The position numbers were made by a program, and so were the translations under genes. This document shows, piece after piece, positions 46,395-53,694 of a stretch of 58,842 nt of DNA. Where the stretch lies: positions 1-58,842 of the forward strand of contig JBAWVR010000001.1 in assembly GCA_037147155.1 (NCBI GenBank), written 5' to 3'. This DNA is from a bacterium (GTDB lineage: Bacteria; Patescibacteriota; Minisyncoccia; Phycocordibacterales; GWA1-40-21). Each line of letters starts with the position of its first letter. Within the stretch, counting starts at the first letter, position 1. The notes beneath the pieces were generated by a model. The model had not been told where the DNA came from. It searched no databases and saw only the letters and a program-made list of their open reading frames with translations.

Positions 46395-46433
46395 AACGGG
46401 GCCGAATTTTGTCGGACAAAATTCGGCCCCGTT
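46395..46433 (-). terminator. rho-independent terminator after ileS
   Basis: AACGGGGCCGAATTTTGTC-gga-CAAAATTCGGCCCCGTT. Confidence 0.7.
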
Positions 46434-46438
46434 AAACC

Positions 46439-49400
46439 CTATTTAACCAACTTTAACTTAAACTCACTCTCCCCGACTTTTAACACCTCTCCTTCCACTG
46501 TTCCAAAATCAATTTCTACTGTTGCTGTCTTTTTGATTTCTTCTTGATAAAGGGTGACCAGAGTTTTACCGGCGTCATCTGTCTCGATAGTCAATTTGGC
46601 AATCTCGCCAGGATTGAGTCCAGTAGTTTTTCTCATTTCTTGAATCTGACGCAAGAGGTCGCGGAAATTTCCTTCTAACTTCAGTTCGTCAGTAATGTTC
46701 AAATCTAATTTAGTTGATTCATCTAACTTATCATCAAACAACACAGCCTTAACATTCACTTCATCAATAATTAGATTTAGGAAATCATCTTTACCAGCGA
46801 GAGTTTTATCTTTGACAGTCATTGATGCAAGTGGCTGGCGAACTTTCTGTCCGGCTTTAGCACGCATTTCTAATCCAACACTCACCAAACGACGAGTCTC
46901 AAACATGTTGCCCAAAAGTTCAGTATCCTTGGAATTTAATTCTGTCGCCTTTGGCCAATCTGCCAAGTGCACTGATTCTTTGTCGGTTTCAGTCTTCAAA
47001 GATTGATACAAAGTTTCGGAGACAAACGGCATGATTGGAGCCAAGAGCTTGGTCATTTCCAACAAAACATATCTAGTGGTCATAAGACCCTGATCTCTAT
47101 CTTCTACTACATCAGACTTGAAACGATCACGGGAACGACGCAAATACCAAGTAGACAAATCATCAACGAAATCTCCGAACGGACGAGCAGCCCGGTCTAG
47201 TTCATAATTCTCCAAGCCTTTGGTAACCGTCGCAGTTAATTCTTTGAGACGAGCCAGGATCCAGCGGTCCAAAACATTGGTACTGTCAGCGCTTGGAGCC
47301 AAAGGTTTTTCTCCCTTGTACATCTCGTAGAAAGAATGCACGTTTTGCAAACGCATAATTATTTTTTTGACCACTTCATCAACGCCCTTTTCAGAGAAAC
47401 GTAGGTCTTCAGCTTTGACCACTGGGCTAGACAAGAGATAGTAACGCAAAGCATCAGCACCGTATTTAGACACCACCAGCATTGGGTCAGGATAGTTTTT
47501 CAAGCGCTTGGACATTTTCTGACCATCTTCCGCCAAAACAATTCCGTTCACCACAACATTTTTAAATGATGACTTGCCAAACAATCCAACAGCAATAACC
47601 AACATCGAGTAGAACCAGCCACGAGTCTGGTCGAGTCCTTCACCAATAAATTCAGCGGGAAAACCTATCGCCTTTTTGAGGAAGCCAGGCTCTGGATTAA
47701 ACTTGTCCAAATTCTCATATGGATAGTGCCACTGGGCATAAGGCATGGAACCAGATTCAAACCAACAGTCAAAGACTTCTGGCACACGCTTCATCTCTTT
47801 ACCTTCACCACAAGCACAAGGAATCTTTACTTCATCAATATATGGTCGGTGCAAATCCAATTCATAATTGTCATTGTGTGGAATTGGAGTAAAGTCCAAT
47901 TTCTTCACTTCAGCGTTCTTGATAAAATCATGAGCTTCATGACGCATAGCAATCGCTTGATCTGGAGTCATGCCGGCAGCGCCAGCAAACATAAGCCAGC
48001 CTGGTGTATTGTGCGTCACTATCAAAATCTTTTTACCGGAATATTTTGAATTTATATCATACAAGAAGCTCACCATACGGTTCTTCACATCAGTGTGACT
48101 TTCTCCTCCTTCTGGTACTTTGTGGAATTTTTCTTCACGAGAACCAAAATATGCCTGATACTCGGCATCGGTTTTTCCATCCATCACCCCAACATTTATC
48201 TCTGACAATCTTTTATCAAAAATAATTTTGTCTTTACTAAAACCAATCATATCAGCGATTATTTCTACGGTTTCTTTGGTACGAACAAAAGGTGAAGCAA
48301 AAACCATATCGATTTTTTCTTTCTTTAGATTCATCGCCGTCTCCCGAGCTTGTTCCCTACCCAATGCTGTCAAAGGATTTGGATCATCTACTTTAGCTGA
48401 CAAAATCTTTTTAACATTACTCTCTGATTGACCATGGCGAACAACCAAAAATTCATTTCTCTGACCAATCGTTTTTTTCAAATCCTCAACTCCTCCAATT
48501 ACTTTAATAGCTTTACAATCTTCACAACGCCAAATTGGCAATGGTGCTCCCCAATAACGAGAACGAGAAATTGCCCAATCACGAGCGCCTTCAAGCCATT
48601 TACCAAAACGTCCTTCGCCAATTTCTTTTGTTACCCAATTAATATCATTATTTGCCTTGAGCAAACTATCACGCATCTTGGTCACTTCCACGAACCATGA
48701 TGAGGTCGCGTAGTTCAGCAATGGAGTATCACAACGCCAACAGTGTGGGTAAGAGTGCACGACTTTTTCTTTGGCAAACAACTGATTCTTGCCAGCCAAA
48801 TGCTTAATCATGGCGATGTCCATAGACATATGCTTTTCTTTTTCTTCAGCGGTATCGATAGGTTTTACATACTGTCCGGCAAATTCAGTCACTTCTGGTC
48901 GCATCTTACCGTCATAGGACACATGCTGGATAAACGGCATCTTGTATTCTTTGCCAAGATTCAAGTCATCCTCACCGAAAGCTGGGGCGATATGCACCAC
49001 ACCAGTACCATCTTCGGTAGTGACAAATGAAGCAGGGTAAATTTTGAAACCATTCTCCAAATTCTTTATATCACTACCCGGCTTGGTGTAATAATCAAAT
49101 AGTGGAATATATTTTTTACCCACCAAAGTCTGACCATTAAATTTTTCTACCAATTCGTAAGTGTCCTTGATAACTGACAAGCGACTTTCCGCGAGAATAT
49201 AAAATTCCGCACCAACTTTAACTTTGACATAATCAATATCTGGATTAATCGCCAAGGCCACGTTGCCCGGCAAAGTCCAAGGAGTTGTCGTCCAAGCGAG
49301 AACGTATGCTCCCCTCTCATCGGCCAATTCAAATTTAGCAGTAGCGGTAATATCGGTAATATCTTTATATCCTTGAGCTACTTCAAAGTTGGACAAAGTG

Positions 49401-49981
49401 GTGCCACAATGTGGACAAAGATGCATAGATTTGAAACCTTCATAGACCAAACCTTTTTCATGAAGTGTACGGAAAATCCACCACACAGACTCGGTGTAGC
49501 TAGAGTTTATGGTGCGATAGTCTTGCTCCATATTCACCCAACGTCCCACTCTCGGCACAATCTTCTTCCATTCATCCGCATAACGCATCACACTTGAGCG
49601 TGCACGCTCATTAAAATCTTTTAGTCCGTAATCTTCAATATCTTTTTTTGACTTTAAGCCCAGTTCTTTTTCCACAATGTTTTCCACTGGTAAACCGTGA
49701 CAATCCCAACCCCATTTACGGTCAACATGAAAACCACACATAGTGCGGTAACGTGGAATAACATCCTTGATAGTACCAGCGAGGAGGTGGCCATAGTGAG
49801 GCAGGCCGGTCGCAAACGGTGGACCATCGTAAAAGACATATTCACCTTTTGGTGATTCCTTGGCTAGAGCTTTTTCAAAAATATTATTGGTCTGCCAAAA
49901 AGCCATAGTCTCCTCCTCTTTTTGGGCGAGAGCACTCTTTGGAAAATCAAAATCCTGTTCTGCTTCTTTGTTGTCTGACAT
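46439..49981 (-). CDS. ileS: isoleucyl-tRNA synthetase (type 2-like) with an inserted histidine-phosphatase domain
   Basis: 1180-aa ORF: PHYGHLLAG (HIGH), an editing domain, KMSKRLKN, and an extra ~190 aa with RHGQSESN ... SPFVRTKET ... GGESH ... VTHN at residues ~508-697. Confidence 0.9.
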   Translation of the reverse strand: MSDNKEAEQDFDFPKSALAQKEEETMAFWQTNNIFEKALAKESPKGEYVFYDGPPFATGLPHYGHLLAGTIKDVIPRYRTMCGFHVDRKWGWDCHGLPVENIVEKELGLKSKKDIEDYGLKDFNERARSSVMRYADEWKKIVPRVGRWVNMEQDYRTINSSYTESVWWIFRTLHEKGLVYEGFKSMHLCPHCGTTLSNFEVAQGYKDITDITATAKFELADERGAYVLAWTTTPWTLPGNVALAINPDIDYVKVKVGAEFYILAESRLSVIKDTYELVEKFNGQTLVGKKYIPLFDYYTKPGSDIKNLENGFKIYPASFVTTEDGTGVVHIAPAFGEDDLNLGKEYKMPFIQHVSYDGKMRPEVTEFAGQYVKPIDTAEEKEKHMSMDIAMIKHLAGKNQLFAKEKVVHSYPHCWRCDTPLLNYATSSWFVEVTKMRDSLLKANNDINWVTKEIGEGRFGKWLEGARDWAISRSRYWGAPLPIWRCEDCKAIKVIGGVEDLKKTIGQRNEFLVVRHGQSESNVKKILSAKVDDPNPLTALGREQARETAMNLKKEKIDMVFASPFVRTKETVEIIADMIGFSKDKIIFDKRLSEINVGVMDGKTDAEYQAYFGSREEKFHKVPEGGESHTDVKNRMVSFLYDINSKYSGKKILIVTHNTPGWLMFAGAAGMTPDQAIAMRHEAHDFIKNAEVKKLDFTPIPHNDNYELDLHRPYIDEVKIPCACGEGKEMKRVPEVFDCWFESGSMPYAQWHYPYENLDKFNPEPGFLKKAIGFPAEFIGEGLDQTRGWFYSMLVIAVGLFGKSSFKNVVVNGIVLAEDGQKMSKRLKNYPDPMLVVSKYGADALRYYLLSSPVVKAEDLRFSEKGVDEVVKKIIMRLQNVHSFYEMYKGEKPLAPSADSTNVLDRWILARLKELTATVTKGLENYELDRAARPFGDFVDDLSTWYLRRSRDRFKSDVVEDRDQGLMTTRYVLLEMTKLLAPIMPFVSETLYQSLKTETDKESVHLADWPKATELNSKDTELLGNMFETRRLVSVGLEMRAKAGQKVRQPLASMTVKDKTLAGKDDFLNLIIDEVNVKAVLFDDKLDESTKLDLNITDELKLEGNFRDLLRQIQEMRKTTGLNPGEIAKLTIETDDAGKTLVTLYQEEIKKTATVEIDFGTVEGEVLKVGESEFKLKLVK

Positions 49982-50061
49982 ATATATTATATAAAATGGT
50001 TAGAATGAGTATATTCTACCGTATTTCTGCATTTAACCCAATAGCGATAAGTTATCATATA

Positions 50062-50395
50062 ACCACAACTATGTCATCCGCCCTGGGCGGATCCCCGCCC
50101 GAACGGACCGAGTCCGCTCGGTACGGGCGGGCAGGCAACCTTTCCGTTAGGAAAGTCCAAGAAATGACAATTAAAAAAATGGCGTCTCCTCCGGGATTCG
50201 CCACTTCGTGCAACCAGGTCGTATCAACGACCGGGTCTTGGTATGCCCGCTTGGGGCAACTTTGGGATTTCGATGTACACGGTACACCTCCTTCTCTGCA
50301 AAAGAACTTCTGTTTAGTTTTTGACCACAGTCTTCCGAGAATGCGGTCCGGATGAATAGACTACAACACGGCTCAATAAAAGTCAAATGTTTTAA
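50062..50395 (+). ncRNA. rnpB: RNase P RNA (bacterial), boundaries approximate
   Basis: Conserved blocks occur in the correct order and spacing: GGAAAGTCC (~50149), GTGCAAC (~50209), ACGGTACACCTCC (~50279), GATGAATAGACT (~50350), ACAACACGGCTCAATA (~50364). 5' TCATCCG pairs with 3' CGGATGA. A strong terminator follows. Confidence 0.65.
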
Positions 50396-50402
50396 ATTCA
50401 CT

Positions 50403-50456
50403 ACCCTCGGATAATAAGAGTGCGGTCGCACTCTTATTATCCGAGGGTATTTTTTG
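50403..50456 (+). terminator. long-stem rho-independent terminator after rnpB
   Basis: ACCCTCGGATAATAAGAGTGC-ggtc-GCACTCTTATTATCCGAGGGT followed by ATTTTTT. Confidence 0.75.
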
Positions 50457-50509
50457 ATTTCTTCTTTTCCTTTCTTATAATATCAACATCCTCCCCACCC
50501 TCTCCATCC

Positions 50510-50628
50510 GTCATTGCGAGGTATTCCGAAGCAATCCAGTCTTAATGGCGTTTTTTAACTAAAGGTCTGCCCGCCCGTACCGGACGGTACGTTCGGGCGG
50601 GGATTGCTTCGGAATACCTCGCAATGAC
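50510..50628. repeat. composite palindrome: two inverted 28-nt GTCATTGC hairpins around a GC-rich hairpin
   Basis: GTCATTGCGAGGTATTCCGAAGCAATCC (50510-50537) and its exact reverse complement (50601-50628). CCCGCCCGTACCGGACGGTACGTTCGGGCGGGG (50570-50602) lies between them. The repeat overlaps the last ~25 codons of the RT ORF. Confidence 0.8.
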
Positions 50629-51622
50629 CCGACGTCTCAGTTACCTCTTTGGACAACCTCCCAGCATTCCCATGCCTCAACATCCCCAAGTACGACTGCA
50701 CGGTCGCCTCTTTACCTTGTTTCTCTGCAATATTCCTAAACATTCTTTTCTTGGTGGCATTACGAATCACTCGGTGGTCATTAAAATGCACCCACCCGAG
50801 AAAGTCCACTCCCGAAGCCACAGTTGATACAGAAACCTTATTGGGGTGAAGTGTGAGTTTTAATTCAGCTCCGAGGAATTCCCCAACTTTGACCAAAACC
50901 TCTTCCAACCACTTTTTGTCCTGCGACATAAAAACAAAGTCATCAGCATATCTAATATAGTGCTTGGCTTTTAGTTTATGCTTCGCAAATTGGTCAAACT
51001 TATTCATATAAATATTTACCAGTAGTTGAGAAGTCAGATTCCCCAAAGGCAAACCAACACCCGCATGAGTAGAATGAAAACTCCCGACGATTTTCTGGAG
51101 CAGTCCCCGAATATCTTCATCTGGTATGTATTCAAAAAGTATTTTCAATAAAACATTATGGTCAATACTCGCAAAAAACTTTTTAATATCACACTTCAAT
51201 ACCCAAACAGTCTTAGTGTGATTACAAGAAACTTGGTATTCAAATTTTCTAAATGTTTCTATTGCTTTGTGTGTGCCTTTGTTCACCCGACACGAATATG
51301 AGTCGCTAATGAAAGTCTTGTCGAAAAATGGGTAAAGGATTCTATATAGAGCATGGTGGAGCAATCTGTCTCTCACTCTGGCTTTGTGAATACTTCTTGG
51401 CTTGGGGTCGGAAATATTGAAAGCTTGATAGGGCGAGTGAACATATTTTTTATCCCTTAAATCTTCATGCAAAGAAATAATATTTGTCATTAAATTCCTT
51501 TCAAACTCTCTGACATCTTCCCGACTTTTCTTGCCTACGACAAATTCTTTCCAAGCCAAAAGCAGATTTTCCAGAGAAATAATGTTACTATACTTTTGTT
51601 CAAAAACTTTTTTGTTATTCAT
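50555..51622 (-). CDS. DGR-type reverse transcriptase
   Basis: 355 aa from MNNKKVFEQ (ATG 51622; the track ORF starts at 51697). Contains RT motifs, LPLGNLTSQLLVNIYMNKFD (GNLTSQ as in DGR RTs) and YIRYADDFVF. No maturase or endonuclease domains. A TR/VR pair lies nearby. Confidence 0.85.
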   Translation of the reverse strand: MNNKKVFEQKYSNIISLENLLLAWKEFVVGKKSREDVREFERNLMTNIISLHEDLRDKKYVHSPYQAFNISDPKPRSIHKARVRDRLLHHALYRILYPFFDKTFISDSYSCRVNKGTHKAIETFRKFEYQVSCNHTKTVWVLKCDIKKFFASIDHNVLLKILFEYIPDEDIRGLLQKIVGSFHSTHAGVGLPLGNLTSQLLVNIYMNKFDQFAKHKLKAKHYIRYADDFVFMSQDKKWLEEVLVKVGEFLGAELKLTLHPNKVSVSTVASGVDFLGWVHFNDHRVIRNATKKRMFRNIAEKQGKEATVQSYLGMLRHGNAGRLSKEVTETSGHCEVFRSNPRPNVPSGTGGQTFS

Positions 51623-51643
51623 AACTATTACAACATAAAATAC

Positions 51644-52025
51644 ATGACTATGACGCCCCCCCCCCGCAAAATTATTACCTCTACTACAAAAACTCAAGGA
51701 TAATTATATTCTCTGGTATAGCTACTATTTAACCCTACCTAAACTCCACCGTCATTCCTTGGGTCAAAAAATTGACTGCTTATATATTGAGATTATTGAA
51801 GCCATATCTATTGCCAGTTATCTATCTAAGGAAGAGAAACTGCCATGGGTTAGACTTGCCACCCGCAAGACTGACACTCTCAAAATATTACTTTTGGTTT
51901 TATGGGAAACCAAATCACTTGATAACAAGAAGTATCTAGCCGTATCGGTAAAAATTGAAGAAATCGGACGGATGCTTGGCGGTTGGAGTGGTCAAATATC
52001 TAAACAAAACTCTCCCAACAAATAG
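51644..52025 (+). CDS. avd: Avd-like four-helix-bundle accessory protein, reading frame broken at a C10 tract
   Basis: The track ORF 51759-52025 (TTG start) encodes ...LGQKIDCLYIEIIEAISIASYLSKEEKLP...EEIGRMLGGW. The same frame is open back to 51654 and encodes the expected first helix (ILWYSYYLTLPKLHRHS). The only ATGs (51644, 51650) are out of frame by one C of the run at 51656-51665. Confidence 0.6.
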
Positions 52026-52046
52026 TCGGGAGAGAAATAGAGAGAG

Positions 52047-52183
52047 TTGCGACGCAGGAACACGAAACGATTGTCTGCATTGTAGAAGTTGTCAGCATGG
52101 CCATTGTTGCTATTGAGCCACAACTCGCCATCATCATTGCACTTCACATTGAACACCTTGAGGTCGCCGTCCGAGTCGGTTAT
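52047..52183 (-). repeat. DGR template repeat (TR), 137 nt
   Basis: Aligns without gaps to 52542-52678 (121/137 identical). At all 16 mismatches this copy has T on the plus strand, which is A on the transcribed minus strand. Confidence 0.9.
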
Positions 52184-52434
52184 ATATAAAATATCATCCA
52201 TATCACTGTCCTTTGAATACTCTCAAGACTGTATCTAATTTGGCATCGTAATGCTCCAATATTTTATACCAAGTATCTCTTGTTTTTAATAATACACACA
52301 CCACTCTATCCAAAACCTTGATCTTGAATACTCTCGATGTATGGATACTGTGTTCGGTAGTAGAAAACCGTAATCTTCCACATATTCACCTACTTACTTT
52401 TTTATTATAGCAGACACGACCGTTTTTGAATATT

Positions 52435-52472
52435 AAAAAAGCACCCTCATTGCCGAAGCAAATTGAGGGTGC
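52435..52472 (-). terminator. rho-independent terminator after the DGR target gene
   Basis: GCACCCTCATTGCCGAAGCAAATTGAGGGTGC hairpin followed by TTTTTT on the minus strand. Confidence 0.7.
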
Positions 52473-52537
52473 CGGAGAGCCGAGAGAGAGCAAAGTACAA
52501 AGGGACAAAGAAGTCCCAAGGTTCTTAGCTCTGAGAA

Positions 52538-53179
52538 CTACTTGCGACGCAGGAACACGAAACGATGGTCAGCATTGTAGAAGCGGCCAGCATGGCCATA
52601 GTAGCTAGAGAGCCACAACCCGCCATCATCACCGCACTCCACATGGAACACCTCGAGGTCGCCGTCCGAGTCGGTGATGGGTTCCATCGCAATGATGATC
52701 CATTCTCCTCTCGGCTGGTCCTGGTACTGCAAACGCAGTTGGGGACCAACTTCGGCAGGACAGAGGTCGAGACCAAGCTTGATAGCTTGCTCGTAGATTT
52801 CCTTGATGCTAGCCCCTTCCTTGAAGCCAAGCTCGCGAACCGAGAGATTCACGAGATCAACCTCGTTTTCCGTAGTGGACACGCTGGCTTCAAAAGCAGA
52901 CTTGCCGAGGATATCGTTGGCCCAGTCGCTGATATTGCTACCAGCTTTCTTCAGAACCTTACGGAAGTCACCGGCATTCTTGGGCCCGGTGCCGATCTTG
53001 ATGGTCTTCCAGATCGGGAAGTCCTTATCAACTTCATCCAAAATCAGGGCCTCGAGAACCTCTTGCAGTCTTGTGGGGTTTCCCATCCACTTCTGCATTT
53101 TTTCCCCTGTGAGTCCGGCCGGAAGGCAGGTGCACATGGCGGAGATGAAAGCGGCGGTCTGTTTGTTAATTGTGCTCAT
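52538..53179 (-). CDS. DGR target protein (213 aa), fold not recognised
   Basis: ORF with AAGGAA upstream of the ATG. The last 45 codons are the VR. No signal peptide or TM helix. Visibly GC-richer than the surrounding sequence. Confidence 0.8.
   Translation of the reverse strand: MSTINKQTAAFISAMCTCLPAGLTGEKMQKWMGNPTRLQEVLEALILDEVDKDFPIWKTIKIGTGPKNAGDFRKVLKKAGSNISDWANDILGKSAFEASVSTTENEVDLVNLSVRELGFKEGASIKEIYEQAIKLGLDLCPAEVGPQLRLQYQDQPRGEWIIIAMEPITDSDGDLEVFHVECGDDGGLWLSSYYGHAGRFYNADHRFVFLRRK
52542..52678 (-). repeat. DGR variable repeat (VR)
   Basis: Counterpart of the TR. It begins one codon before the stop codon of the target gene, and the 16 differences from the TR all lie at TR-adenine positions. 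Confidence 0.9.
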
Positions 53180-53337
53180 GGTGTTTTTTCCTTTCTTAGG
53201 TTTTCACCATTTTATGCTTGACCATCAAACGCGATGGTCATAGCCAGAAACCTATGTTTTATGCCAGTTTACTGGCAAACAAGGGCTTGTGGCTATGACC
53301 ATTTAAGTAGTTTTCTTAGTCAAAGAACTATGTATAT

Positions 53338-53366
53338 AGTATACACCCTTTGAAGTCTTTTGTCAA
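53338..53366 (-). promoter_or_regulatory. near-consensus sigma70 promoter for the DGR target gene
   Basis: Minus strand: TTGACA (53366-53361), 17 nt, TATACT (53343-53338). Confidence 0.55.
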
Positions 53367-53407
53367 GAGGTTAAAAAGTAGCCTAAAATATAGTTAACTT
53401 CAGCCAC

Positions 53408-53442
53408 AAAACCCCTAATTCACCATGGTGAATTAGGGGTTT
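53408..53442 (-). terminator. palindromic hairpin terminator upstream of the DGR target promoter
   Basis: AAACCCCTAATTCACC-atg-GTGAATTAGGGGTTT, followed by TTTTG on the minus strand. Confidence 0.55.
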
Positions 53443-53465
53443 AACACTTCCTTTTTTTCTCCTCT

Positions 53466-53555
53466 GTCATTCCCGCGCAGGCGGGAATCCAGTCTTATCT
53501 TTAAGACTTTCCTATCGGAAAGGTCGCCTGGATTCCTGGTCAAGCCAGGAATGAC
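53466..53555. repeat. family C composite palindrome
   Basis: GTCATTCCCGCGCAGGCGGGAATCC (53466-53490) and GGATTCCTGGTCAAGCCAGGAATGAC (53530-53555). Confidence 0.8.
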
Positions 53556-53617
53556 ACAGAAGAAAGCCGTAATTTGCTTCGCAAATTCCGGCTTTGGTTT
53601 TATACGTAGTCGATTCG

Positions 53618-53654
53618 CCCGCCCGTACCGAGCAGACTCGTCCGTTCGGGCGGG
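53618..53654. repeat. GC-rich hairpin, near-copy of the putative rnpB P3 hairpin
   Basis: The reverse complement of CCCGCCCGTACCGAGCAGACTCGTCCGTTCGGGCGGG matches 50094-50131, differing only by one indel and one substitution. Confidence 0.75.
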
Positions 53655-53694
53655 TATCATTCGTACAATTCGTATATTGGTATATTTACCTACA

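Noticed and set aside
49939-50431. ORFs of 138 aa (+) and 86 aa (-) between ileS and the RT
   Set aside because: They overlap the region carrying RNase P RNA signature blocks and its terminator. Their peptides are low-complexity translations of GC hairpins.
50555-51697. RT as a group II intron maturase or a retron RT
   Set aside because: There is no X/maturase or En domain, no intron domain V/VI-like RNA and no msr/msd-like inverted repeats. Instead there is a TR/VR pair with A-specific mismatches, an Avd-like gene and a GNLTSQ motif, all pointing to a DGR.
51992-52201. 69-aa ORF (MDDILYITDSDGDLKVFNVKCNDDGELWLNSNNGHADNFYNADNRFVFLRRN...)
   Set aside because: It is the conceptual translation of the DGR template repeat, an Asn-rich copy of the target C-terminus. 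TRs are non-coding templates. It has no SD and overlaps the avd 3' end.
52565-53243. Long plus-strand ORFs (218 aa and 146 aa) antisense to the DGR target gene
   Set aside because: They have no recognisable motifs or SD and lie fully antisense to a gene validated by its VR. The open frames are probably a by-product of the locally higher GC content.
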